Source of the DNA: Minisyncoccota bacterium
GTDB taxonomy: Bacteria > Patescibacteriota > Minisyncoccia > Phycocordibacterales > PALSA-1337
Direction of reading: 5' to 3'
NCBI GenBank assembly: GCA_028713005.1
Contig: JAQTPC010000003.1
Span: 13,022-77,021, forward strand
Length of the DNA stretch: 64,000 nt
The notes beneath the pieces are model-generated. The model saw nothing but the letters and a program-made list of their open reading frames with translations. It did not search any database and had not been told where the DNA came from. The first letter of the stretch is position 1. Every line of letters begins with the position of its first letter. Positions 18,984 to 28,460 of the stretch are shown one piece after another. Both the position numbers and the translations under genes were made by a program.

Positions 18984-19844
18984 TTATTTGCAGGCATCAA
19001 GAAGATTCTCAAAAAGGCCGAGAACTGTCATCGGCCCAACGCCACCGGGTACAGGTGTGATAGCACCAGTTGAACCGATAACCTTTGACACCTTATCAAA
19101 ATCAACATCACCGACGAGCTTGGTCTTTGTATCCAGACCAACTTCACCTTCTCGAGTAATGCCGACATCAACGATCACCTGTCCGGAACGAACATGTTCT
19201 GTAGATATTAAACGCGGTTTTCCAACCGCTACGATGATGACGTTTGCGGAGCTCGTTTCTTTCATAAGATCAATTGTCTTGCTGTGAGCCACAGTAACTA
19301 CCGCCCTATAACGAGCAAAGACCTGGGCCACAGGCGTTCCCACCAGCGCTGATCTTCCAACAACAGTTACTTTTTTATTATTAATATCGATGTTGTAATA
19401 CGACAGTAATTCTCTAATACCCCTCGCTGTGGCAGGGACGATGGCATCTGGTCTTCCCTCGCGCAAACACTGCATATTAAAAGCCGTCTGGCCATCGATA
19501 TCCTTATGTGGATCAATAGTATTTATGACTACATCGCGATCAATATGAGCAGGCAATGGCAATTGTACTATCACTCCTTTGATTAATTTATTTTCATTAC
19601 ATTTCTTAATTTCAATAACAATATCCTCTTGCGAAGCATTTTCTGGTAAATAAATATGATGCGCTACGACGCCTACTTTTTGCGCAAACGAAATCTTCGC
19701 TTTTATATACGCTGCCGAATCAGGCCGATCCCCAACTTGGATGATGGCGAGCTCTGGTGTAGGTGTGATCTCGCTGAACTTTTTAATCAATTCAACAAGA
19801 CGACTATCGCGGACAGTATTTCCTGAGAGGATTCGTGGTGACAT
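18984..19844 (-). CDS. folD: Methylene-THF dehydrogenase/cyclohydrolase
   Basis: IVQLPLP, KDIDG, VGRSALVG, GDVDF, TPVPGGVGPMT. Confidence 0.96.
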   Translation of the reverse strand: MSPRILSGNTVRDSRLVELIKKFSEITPTPELAIIQVGDRPDSAAYIKAKISFAQKVGVVAHHIYLPENASQEDIVIEIKKCNENKLIKGVIVQLPLPAHIDRDVVINTIDPHKDIDGQTAFNMQCLREGRPDAIVPATARGIRELLSYYNIDINNKKVTVVGRSALVGTPVAQVFARYRAVVTVAHSKTIDLMKETSSANVIIVAVGKPRLISTEHVRSGQVIVDVGITREGEVGLDTKTKLVGDVDFDKVSKVIGSTGAITPVPGGVGPMTVLGLFENLLDACK

Positions 19845-19956
19845 ATGCTTACAGTAGCAGATATCGGGTGAATTTCAATGCTTTACTTTTTACCACGTCG
19901 AGGAGTATGCTAGATGTAGAGCAAACTAAAACCTTAACAAAAGAAAGGAGGATTGT

Positions 19957-20508
19957 ATGAAACCTATGCGTGTTGAAGGCGACTATAGTCGCATCCTTAA
20001 GCCTGAAGATCGGCCTTATGGGCACTTATTTGTCCGCAGTAATGATGCTGCGAGAAAAAATCCTACATACTGGGGTGAGTTCAAATTTAAGACGAACAGG
20101 GCTTCAGTTTCATTCTGTTACATCATCCACAACCTGAACAACGAAGACAGGAGTTATGGATTATCACTTTTTAACGACCGCGAGTTTGAGTGGTGTTTTC
20201 TCACCACTGACATCTCGTTTTTTGACCGCAACTCTCGATTTATCAATAATGAAAACGCTCATGTCATCGGTATGGGCATCGGCGAATTTCCTGAAAAAAT
20301 GCTCAACATCATTCATGCCATGATCGACAGTAAACTGTTGCTCATAATGCCGACGATGCGCAAAAAAGAACGCTCTGAATTCTTTTCGACGATACACCAA
20401 TACGGCTACGTGTTTGGTATCGAAAAAAAAGATATTGAAGAGTTCGAAGAGGAGAACAGTGCTTCGCTCAAAGAATTTATTGCACAAATGAGCCTGCTCC
20501 TTGGTTAA
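19957..20508 (+). CDS. Hypothetical orphan protein
   Basis: Strong GAAAGGAGG RBS, 183 aa, terminator at ~20517-20545. Confidence 0.7.
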   Translation: MKPMRVEGDYSRILKPEDRPYGHLFVRSNDAARKNPTYWGEFKFKTNRASVSFCYIIHNLNNEDRSYGLSLFNDREFEWCFLTTDISFFDRNSRFINNENAHVIGMGIGEFPEKMLNIIHAMIDSKLLLIMPTMRKKERSEFFSTIHQYGYVFGIEKKDIEEFEEENSASLKEFIAQMSLLLG

Positions 20509-20563
20509 ACACACATGCGCACCACTGTATTGGTGCGCTTTTTATTATTCCAAAAAAATGTTT

Positions 20564-21481
20564 TTATTTCCCCGACCAACGCGCAAAGATACCACACGGC
20601 AAAAGTCTTCCTTCACTCATTGAACCTTTTGCTTCTTCGAGAGCAAGCTCACCCACTTCGATGTCACCACCGAACTTATCTTTGAGTGATAGTAAATTAT
20701 TTTTATAGGCAATAGCAGAATATCCTGCAGAATAACCATTTACTAAAAAGAACAGCGGTTTATCTGCCAAAATCTCAGTACACGACTCAATGAGATCCAT
20801 AAAATCATCCTCGATCTTCCATACTTCATTTTCAGCACCATGACCAAAGGCAGGCGGATCCATGATGATACCGTGATATTTTCTACCTCTCTTGATCTCT
20901 CGCTTCACAAAAGCGCGCACATCATCGAGTATCCAACGAATGGGTTTATCCTTGAGACCAGAAAGTTCAGCATTGTCGCGTGCCCAACCTATGGCAACTT
21001 TTGAACCATCAACATGTACTACTTTTGCTCCAGCCTGTGCACATGCAATAGTAGCTCCACCGGTATACGCGAACAGATTGAGAATTTCGATCTCCCCTTC
21101 TCCCTTTTTTATCTGCTCCCTCATCCAATTCCAGTTTGGTGCTTGTTCAGGAAATATACCGACATGCTTGAATGCTGTTGGCTTTATGTAAAACTTCAGG
21201 TCAGCAAACGAAATACCCCAGCGCTCTGGCACAGTCTTTTTCAAATTCCAATCTCCACGTTCGCCCTTTTCGCGATTTTGTACATCAGTACCGAAAGACC
21301 CATCGGCCTTTTTCCAATCAGCGGGAGATAGTCTCTTTTTCCATAGTGCTTGTGGATCAGGGCGCGACAAAACTACCGTACCAAAACGTTCAAGTTTCTC
21401 CCCTTCACCTGAATCGAGGAGCTCATAATCAGCTGATGGCTTTGTAGTAAGGATGGATGAATTGTTCATATATTCGAACAC
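20564..21481 (-). CDS. Class I SAM-dependent methyltransferase (RlmI/RlmK-like)
   Basis: YELLDSG..EKLERFG, LNLFAYTGG, IMDPPAFG. Confidence 0.88.
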   Translation of the reverse strand: MFEYMNNSSILTTKPSADYELLDSGEGEKLERFGTVVLSRPDPQALWKKRLSPADWKKADGSFGTDVQNREKGERGDWNLKKTVPERWGISFADLKFYIKPTAFKHVGIFPEQAPNWNWMREQIKKGEGEIEILNLFAYTGGATIACAQAGAKVVHVDGSKVAIGWARDNAELSGLKDKPIRWILDDVRAFVKREIKRGRKYHGIIMDPPAFGHGAENEVWKIEDDFMDLIESCTEILADKPLFFLVNGYSAGYSAIAYKNNLLSLKDKFGGDIEVGELALEEAKGSMSEGRLLPCGIFARWSGK

Positions 21482-21490
21482 TGCAGGTTA

Positions 21491-21949
21491 CTATACGCGA
21501 TATTTTTTCAATACAGTCACTGCACTTCCAAAGAGTACCGTAGAGATTGCGGCCGAACCAAGACAGTAGAGACAATATGAATGAATCAAGAACGCCTGAG
21601 CATACAGAAACCACATCGACATAATAAAACCAAAAACAGTAAACAGTAAGACTCCACGAAGAGATGGCTCATGCTTACCTTCGATATGGGCAAATAAGCC
21701 GATTGAGATGATCAGATAGTAGATAGCACCTAAAAGAGCGACTGGAATACCAAGAATCGATGAGTAGTCACTGGTTAGGACAGTTTCACACCCTGCAGTC
21801 GTACAAGGAGGAATACGATTTTGATAGTGTTCAATCGTCAAAAATGATGCATCGGTAAAGCCGAGTAAGGCAATGACGAATAAGACGACTACAATTTTAT
21901 TTGGAACTGCCTGAAGCGGCCGCTTCAATAAGTGATTTAAATGCTTCAT
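21491..21949 (-). CDS. Vitamin K epoxide reductase (VKOR) family protein
   Basis: C....CETVLTS.YS..LGIP, CLYC; next to DsbA. Confidence 0.9.
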   Translation of the reverse strand: MKHLNHLLKRPLQAVPNKIVVVLFVIALLGFTDASFLTIEHYQNRIPPCTTAGCETVLTSDYSSILGIPVALLGAIYYLIISIGLFAHIEGKHEPSLRGVLLFTVFGFIMSMWFLYAQAFLIHSYCLYCLGSAAISTVLFGSAVTVLKKYRV

Positions 21950-22547
21950 AACTTTGTGGGTTAGCGATCACCTTTCCATTAACGATGAATGTTGGAGTTG
22001 AATTAATACCAATCTTTCGTGACTCATCCGCATCTGCATTAACAGCATCCTTTACGGCTGTGCTATCGAGGTCAGCTTTAAATTTGACCATGTCGAGACC
22101 GATCTTTTGTGCGTATGTATTCATGATAGCATGAGCATCTGGCACATCACTCCACTCAGCTTGGTTACTATACAGCAAGTCATACATCTCCCAGAATTTA
22201 CCCTGAAGTGACGCTGCTTCAGCTGCTTGGGCTGTGATGAGCGCATTTGCATGCTGTGGTAATGGGAAATGACGGAAAACGAGACTGAGTGTCGTTGACG
22301 CCTCCTGCGTCAACCGCTTTACGAGTGAATAATATGCTCCACATGCAGGACACTGGAAATCACCGTACTCAATCAAGGTGACAGATGCGTTCTTTGGCCC
22401 AAGGACATGGTCCGCAGATGTGACAGGTCCAGCAACTATTGGTCCTGAGCCAGGCGCAGGCTTATTCATAGCCACAACAAGTCCCCAGAAAATAAGTCCC
22501 AGAATGATAATAAAACACACCCAAAAAATAATACGTTTAATGTTCAT
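21897..22547 (-). CDS. DsbA-family thiol:disulfide oxidoreductase
   Basis: EYGDFQCPAC, FRHFPL, STPTF. Confidence 0.92.
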   Translation of the reverse strand: MNIKRIIFWVCFIIILGLIFWGLVVAMNKPAPGSGPIVAGPVTSADHVLGPKNASVTLIEYGDFQCPACGAYYSLVKRLTQEASTTLSLVFRHFPLPQHANALITAQAAEAASLQGKFWEMYDLLYSNQAEWSDVPDAHAIMNTYAQKIGLDMVKFKADLDSTAVKDAVNADADESRKIGINSTPTFIVNGKVIANPQSYEAFKSLIEAAASGSSK

Positions 22548-22575
22548 AGGAGTTGATTATAGCCGAATTTTCCCT

Positions 22576-22592
22576 CCAAGGGTAGACCTCGG
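22576..22592. repeat. REP-like palindrome
   Basis: ccaagggtagacctcgg. Confidence 0.6.
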
Positions 22593-22601
22593 GAAGTGAA
22601 C

Positions 22602-23642
22602 CTATATAATCAGCATCGCGTCTCCAAATGAATAAAACCTAAACTTCTCTTTGATAGCTCGCTCATAGAGATCCCTCCAACTTACCTGCGCACCTTTTGC
22701 TTGTAGAAAGGCATCAACAAGCATGATGAGTGACGTATTTGGTAAATGAAAATTGGTAATAATTGCATCAACAATCTTAAAATCATAGGGTGGTGTAATC
22801 ATGAGCGTTGTCTCACCGGTATACCCTTCTCCTTTGAGAATAGAATCCGCAGTCGCTTCGAGTGTACGTGTAGCAGTTGTACCCGAAGATACGATTATTT
22901 TACCTTCATTTTTTGCTTCCAAAATACGCATTGCTGATTCAGAGCTCACTTGTATTGGTTCTGAATGTAATGACTTTGCCTGGATACTCTCTGGTGTGAG
23001 TGATGCAAATGTTCCTCTACCAACATGCAGTGTTACCGTCGCTCGATCAACACCCTTTTCTATGAGTGACCTCAAAACCTGTTCGGTAAAATGAAGTGAG
23101 GCGGTTGGAGCGGCGACAGATGCTGGTTTTGAGGCAAATACTGTCTGATATTTTGTACGAGCCTCTTCTTCATTGAGACTCGTGTGTATATATGGTGGGA
23201 GCGGTGTACGTCCGTGTGATTTACAGAGCTTTTCAAATTCTTCAACCGATATGCGCAGTCTGAAAGAAAATTCTTCATTGTGCTGATCGACAACTTCGAG
23301 GATGGCATGATGATTGAAATACAACTGATCTCTCACCGTGAGCTTACGGTCAGGCAGACCTTTGATGACACCTTGCCTGTCCCATTCATTAACCAAAAAT
23401 AGTATACGAACTGTTCCACCCGTGAGTTTCATCAGTTCGAGGCGCGCCGGCACCACCTGTGTATCATTGAAAACCATCAATGCCTTTGACGGGATATAAC
23501 GAGCGAGGTGTGCAAACGTATCCAAGACAATCTCATTTGTCTTTGTACTATATATGAGCAGTCGCGCTGAATCGCGTGGCTCAGCAGGCGTATGGGCAAT
23601 GAGTCCCTCAGGTAAATGATAGTTATAGTCAGATGGCTTCAT
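22602..23642 (-). CDS. queA: SAM:tRNA ribosyltransferase-isomerase
   Basis: PLPPYI, YQTVFA, VAAPTASLHF, TNFHLP, FYSFGDAMLI. Confidence 0.96.
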   Translation of the reverse strand: MKPSDYNYHLPEGLIAHTPAEPRDSARLLIYSTKTNEIVLDTFAHLARYIPSKALMVFNDTQVVPARLELMKLTGGTVRILFLVNEWDRQGVIKGLPDRKLTVRDQLYFNHHAILEVVDQHNEEFSFRLRISVEEFEKLCKSHGRTPLPPYIHTSLNEEEARTKYQTVFASKPASVAAPTASLHFTEQVLRSLIEKGVDRATVTLHVGRGTFASLTPESIQAKSLHSEPIQVSSESAMRILEAKNEGKIIVSSGTTATRTLEATADSILKGEGYTGETTLMITPPYDFKIVDAIITNFHLPNTSLIMLVDAFLQAKGAQVSWRDLYERAIKEKFRFYSFGDAMLII

Positions 23643-23667
23643 GGTTTATATTGCGATTATCATATCA

Positions 23668-24117
23668 TCAATGATGATACTTTTCTCCTCGAATGATAGT
23701 GAAGGCTCTATAGAGCTGTTCTATGAGGACAAGACGGACGAGTTGATGTGGAAACGTTAGTTTTGAGAGAGCCAGGGTCAGACGCGCACGTGAACGAACT
23801 TCATCATTGAGACCATATGCCCCACCAATGATAAAAATGAGCGTTCTAACACTTTCATTCATACGTGCCTGAATAACATCAGCAAAAGCTTGTGACGTAT
23901 ACTCCTTCCCTATTTCATCAAGAGCAACAACGTATGTCCCTGCTCCTTCTTTTTCTATAACATCAATAAGCTTTTTATTATCTTCTTGCGCGGAACTTCC
24001 CGGAATATACTTCCATTCACAAGCAGAATAATGCGATACACGTTCTGTGTATTCACGAACGATTTCATATCCGGAAAAATCTTTTTCTTTACCAATAGCT
24101 AGAATGATGATTTTCAT
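23668..24117 (-). CDS. rlmH: 23S rRNA m3Psi1915 methyltransferase
   Basis: IGGAYG, LTFPHQLVR, EQLYRA...YHH. Confidence 0.96.
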   Translation of the reverse strand: MKIIILAIGKEKDFSGYEIVREYTERVSHYSACEWKYIPGSSAQEDNKKLIDVIEKEGAGTYVVALDEIGKEYTSQAFADVIQARMNESVRTLIFIIGGAYGLNDEVRSRARLTLALSKLTFPHQLVRLVLIEQLYRAFTIIRGEKYHH

Positions 24118-24120
24118 ACA

Positions 24121-24675
24121 TTAAAGGGATGTACCGAACCACACTATAAGATATATGCCGAGAATATTGCCAATAAATGAAATTGGAATAAGCATAAGTG
24201 TACGCGTCTTTGAAAAACCAAGTAGCGTGATGCCGAATTCATCTGGCAAAGGTGAAGCGATGATCAGTGCCCCGAGTACTGGTGATATCCATTTGAAAAA
24301 ACCAACATGAAATGAACGGAGTACGTGCTTCGTAAAACCTGATCCCAATGAATTGATCAGATCATTTGAAAAACGATCGCGAATAAAATAAAAGAGGATC
24401 AAATCACCGCACACTGCACCAAGCGCTCCCCAAAGAGCCACCACGTGACTAGGTGCATGAGCAGCGATATTCCCCAGAGCAACAGATGCAGGGGCAATAG
24501 TGAACACAGATGTAAAGAACATACCCGCAACAAAACTAGCTACTTCATCACTACCAAAAAGAGCTACGAGGTGTCCAATAATACCGAGATTCGATAATAT
24601 AAGCGCAATAACTGCACCGATAACAACAAAGATAATGTCTTTTACAAGCTCATTGCGAGCGACTTTTTTGCGCAT
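24121..24675 (-). CDS. Multi-pass membrane protein
   Basis: Several TM helices; IIASPLPDE motif. Confidence 0.75.
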   Translation of the reverse strand: MRKKVARNELVKDIIFVVIGAVIALILSNLGIIGHLVALFGSDEVASFVAGMFFTSVFTIAPASVALGNIAAHAPSHVVALWGALGAVCGDLILFYFIRDRFSNDLINSLGSGFTKHVLRSFHVGFFKWISPVLGALIIASPLPDEFGITLLGFSKTRTLMLIPISFIGNILGIYLIVWFGTSL

Positions 24676-24692
24676 GGGTTGATTATATCACC

Positions 24693-24998
24693 TTACTTTG
24701 TTTCTTTGTCTTTGAAAAATATGCGCACAGTAACAAAGATAACAATTGCGATAATGATGAAATTTATCAGCTGAGCGATAAACGATCCATATGTTATGTG
24801 TATAGCACCAATATTGAGCACTGCCCCTCTCCATGAACCCGAAACACTCAAAACGGGCCCGAGCATAGGCATAAAGATATCGTTTACAAGTGAATTTACA
24901 AGACCGGTAGCTGCGGTACCCATGACGAATGCGATGGCGAGTGATATGACTTTATATTCCTTGAGGAATTGTGCGAACTCTTTTGCAAATGTTTTCAT
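24693..24998 (-). CDS. mscL: Large-conductance mechanosensitive channel
   Basis: LAIAFVMG...LVNSLVNDIFMP, YGSFI..LINF. Confidence 0.9.
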   Translation of the reverse strand: MKTFAKEFAQFLKEYKVISLAIAFVMGTAATGLVNSLVNDIFMPMLGPVLSVSGSWRGAVLNIGAIHITYGSFIAQLINFIIIAIVIFVTVRIFFKDKETK

Positions 24999-25038
24999 AA
25001 TGGTACCAGTATATGCTATTGATGTTATAATTCAAGAC

Positions 25039-25779
25039 ATGAAAAAACTTAGTCTATTCGAAGCATCTATCATTGGTTTTTTGAGTGGTGTCGTTATCGC
25101 AACCTATTTAATATTTATTACGAGCACGAGTGGTTTTATTGGTAATATCCTTGGATTGATATCGCTCCGTCCACTTCTAGATAAAATCCACTTACCTGAT
25201 AGCCAATTGCTAATTGGGTCATTCATATTTTTTGTACTGGTATACACACTTTATGGGGCACTCATTGGCCTACTCATCCATATCACTAATAAGACAAAAA
25301 TTATCTTATCCCTGCTTGCGGTAGTTATTATTGGAGGCGGTACAGAGCAGATAACTGGAATGATGAGCCACACACCAATTTCAAACGAGATTTATCCTCA
25401 AACTGCTGCAGTCATCAAATCATTTTCAAATGTAACAAAACAGTATTTTGGGACTGAAGCAACTGGGGATCTAAATGCCGATAGACGTGAAGATGTAGCA
25501 TTTTTGATTCATCGTAATGACTCTGACAGGGGCACATTGTATTATCTGGCCGCTGCATTAGATAATGAAAATGGTAAATCTGGTACCAACCTTCTCTTTT
25601 TGGGCAATAACGTATTTCCGACACACATAGCCATAGCAAGTAGTACTATTATTGTCGACTACGCACAATCAAAGAATTCTACAAGTACAAAACAGTTTTA
25701 TGCTCGACTGATAAATGACGCTCTCACGGAAGCACACTCAGCCACTACTCCAACTGCAACGACTACTGATTCTATATAA
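25039..25779 (+). CDS. Membrane protein with extracellular domain (GDLNAD motif)
   Basis: Start MKKLS 8 nt after TATAAT; 3 TM helices then soluble domain. Confidence 0.7.
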   Translation: MKKLSLFEASIIGFLSGVVIATYLIFITSTSGFIGNILGLISLRPLLDKIHLPDSQLLIGSFIFFVLVYTLYGALIGLLIHITNKTKIILSLLAVVIIGGGTEQITGMMSHTPISNEIYPQTAAVIKSFSNVTKQYFGTEATGDLNADRREDVAFLIHRNDSDRGTLYYLAAALDNENGKSGTNLLFLGNNVFPTHIAIASSTIIVDYAQSKNSTSTKQFYARLINDALTEAHSATTPTATTTDSI

Positions 25780-27553
25780 TTTTCTTTAGTTTCTTTTCTA
25801 TAAACTCATCGATTACATCAATATTTAATTGAAGCTCTTTAAAGATTTTCTCTTCTTTTTTATTGAGTTCACGATCTTCTTTTGCTTTTTCTAATTTTTT
25901 AAGCTGATTACCAAGCTCGTCCTTATAGAGAGATAATGCTTTGTGAATATCATTTACTGTTCCCTGTGTCTCTTTGCGTAATCTTTTTTTGAGGCCAAAG
26001 AACTTGTGCCAACCAAGATACAACATGAGTATGAGACCAATAATGAGTAATGTAGCCGGAATAAGGAATGAAAGTCCATAGATAGCTTGCTTACTGGTAC
26101 GCACAATCAAACCATCTTTAATAAAGACAACCGCCTCATTTGAAATAGGACTTTTTACATCAGTTGCAAACTGGAGCTGAGCTGAAATGCGTGTCTGACC
26201 GACAGTATTCAGTGAATCTGTAGTGACTGAAAGTGACCCATGAGCATCTGTTGTTGTCGTATAACTCTTTTTAGTTCCGTCGCCTGACTGAACGAATATC
26301 TGCATTGGCGTATTTGCATAGCGAGTATCAACAAAGACTGTAACAGCTTCTCCCCTTTGTATCTCTTGGGCAGAAACATGAACCACAGGAACTGCGATTG
26401 ACTGACTGACGAAAGAGGCTTTTGACTCTGTATGGTTGCCAGCTTTATCGTAAGCGACAACTGACAATGTATGGTTACCAGGGTTTTGTATAGGTAGAGT
26501 ATATGCACCATTTACCAACGCATCACTATCAATCCTAATGACCGATCCGGCATCAATCTTGATAAGATGATACTCAATTCCAGACAATGTATCACGCGCA
26601 TTCAACATAACCTCATTTTTCAGACACTCATCGCCAATATGCGCGCCAGCAACGTCTGCCGATGCAATGTTCGCTCCACACTCACCCAAAAAACTAACTG
26701 CAAGTGTTTCTGGTGGAGTTGAGTCGACCTGAATCTTATAATGTGTTATCGGTCCCCAACCAAGACTATTCATGTATCTTACGTGGAAATACATAATGCC
26801 ATCTGACAAATTATTTACTGTACGTTGAGAAACTGAACTATCGTAGGTGACAGTTGGTACATCGGATTTATTTTTACTCAAGAGAGTTTGAACTGATGTA
26901 ACACCCTCAGGTACCGACCAGCTAAATGTCGCCGTTGTACCGGAATACCACGCATTCTGATCCGGATGGGTCGAAGATGTCACGGCTGGTTTTGCTGGAA
27001 CAGAATCAACTAACGAATGAACTGTTGAAATATCTGTCTGAGCGGCCGCACTTACTTGTACTGATACTGGTTGTTGAGCAGTTAACACATTTGTTCCCAG
27101 ACCATCATTGGCACGAACTGCTGCATCAGCAATGAGCACAGATGCTGTGCCAGCTTTTTTTGCTTTGAACACAACCGAGATGATTTCTCCACTTTGTCCG
27201 ATGTATCCAGGATTCGGCAGACCTCCATTAAATGTGATTGTACCTTTCGAATTTGAGAATTGAGGCTCTTCCACCCATAATGAAAAAATTGAAGCACTTT
27301 TATTCACTGATAATACCTCGAGCACATCTGAAGGAAACTGAATGACTCCATCGGCACTATTAACTGCCACACCTGCCGTTGAAACCAGCGCTTTGATCGA
27401 GATGATATTTCCAACTGAGACTTTTGGGTTTACTGGCGAAAAATACAATACAGCTGCCTGCGCTGAAGATGAGACAGATCCAAAAGTACCCCATAGTACC
27501 ACAAGGAAAAAAATCTTCTTTAACAAGGTTTTATTACGCGCTGACTTAGACAT
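25772..27553 (-). CDS. Secreted cohesin-like plus Ig-like protein with C-terminal TM anchor and coiled coil
   Basis: Signal peptide, cohesin-like N-domain (NSADGVIQFP...SIFSLWVEEP...FNGG), VDSTPP/AYDKAGN Ig motifs, TM helix. Confidence 0.75.
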   Translation of the reverse strand: MSKSARNKTLLKKIFFLVVLWGTFGSVSSSAQAAVLYFSPVNPKVSVGNIISIKALVSTAGVAVNSADGVIQFPSDVLEVLSVNKSASIFSLWVEEPQFSNSKGTITFNGGLPNPGYIGQSGEIISVVFKAKKAGTASVLIADAAVRANDGLGTNVLTAQQPVSVQVSAAAQTDISTVHSLVDSVPAKPAVTSSTHPDQNAWYSGTTATFSWSVPEGVTSVQTLLSKNKSDVPTVTYDSSVSQRTVNNLSDGIMYFHVRYMNSLGWGPITHYKIQVDSTPPETLAVSFLGECGANIASADVAGAHIGDECLKNEVMLNARDTLSGIEYHLIKIDAGSVIRIDSDALVNGAYTLPIQNPGNHTLSVVAYDKAGNHTESKASFVSQSIAVPVVHVSAQEIQRGEAVTVFVDTRYANTPMQIFVQSGDGTKKSYTTTTDAHGSLSVTTDSLNTVGQTRISAQLQFATDVKSPISNEAVVFIKDGLIVRTSKQAIYGLSFLIPATLLIIGLILMLYLGWHKFFGLKKRLRKETQGTVNDIHKALSLYKDELGNQLKKLEKAKEDRELNKKEEKIFKELQLNIDVIDEFIEKKLKKII

Positions 27554-28442
27554 TGAGTTTATTCTTTTTCCACTTTTTATACATAAAGCGCACAATCAAT
27601 ACCACGAGAACAATAATTATGATACCCAACCAGTTAACACCTCTCGACTGGCTTTGATGCAGAGCAATTTTCTTATTTCCTGCTTTATCATATGCAGTCA
27701 CTTGTAACCGTACACTATCACTTTGATCTTTGAGTACGTATGTACTGCCACTACGCACTGCTACCCCACCATTTTCAGACACATCGTAATAATCAATGCC
27801 AGACTGGTTATCGATTGCACTGAAGAAAGCGAATTTTTTACCATCAAATAAAGTTGGTTCCTGACCAAGAACAATCACGAAATCTTCTGGAGGAACAGTA
27901 TCGGCCGTCACAACTCCTGACCAATCATTTTGGATAGCTGTACCCTGCAGTTTTGGTGTTACGGTGATTGTTATGTTTTTAAACTGAACAGGAAGCTTGG
28001 TACCTTTACCATCATTGGCAAATACTGAAATATTCTGAGGATTAATAGTCACAACACCTGCTTTCTTTGCTTCAACAATAATCTTAAATATCGTAGCCCC
28101 TTCTATACTAAAACCACCTGGAACACCACCAACAAATGAAATGGTTTTCAGATCTTTCGAAAGTGATGGCGTACGAGGCCATAGACCAAATGCCGAGTTG
28201 GCCAGACTAAACTCTTGAACAGCAAGATTAAGTGATGACGACTTGAGTGTCACTTCACCATCAACGGTATTCAACACTGATCCGTCTGCATTTATTTTGA
28301 CTGTAACTACCGCCGTATCTCCAACTGAAACAGTACTTCGTGATGCCTCAAGATATACCGTTGCCGCAAATGCATGTAAAGGTACAATCACAAAAACAAC
28401 TGCGATGGCTATTGGGGCGATTATGTTGATGATTTTTTTCAT
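27546..28442 (-). CDS. Secreted cohesin-like protein with C-terminal TM anchor
   Basis: Signal peptide AFA-A, cohesin-like domain paralogous to its neighbour, DNQSGIDYY/AYDKAGN, TM helix plus basic tail. Confidence 0.75.
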   Translation of the reverse strand: MKKIINIIAPIAIAVVFVIVPLHAFAATVYLEASRSTVSVGDTAVVTVKINADGSVLNTVDGEVTLKSSSLNLAVQEFSLANSAFGLWPRTPSLSKDLKTISFVGGVPGGFSIEGATIFKIIVEAKKAGVVTINPQNISVFANDGKGTKLPVQFKNITITVTPKLQGTAIQNDWSGVVTADTVPPEDFVIVLGQEPTLFDGKKFAFFSAIDNQSGIDYYDVSENGGVAVRSGSTYVLKDQSDSVRLQVTAYDKAGNKKIALHQSQSRGVNWLGIIIIVLVVLIVRFMYKKWKKNKLNV

Positions 28443-28460
28443 ACTATGCTGTGTTAATTA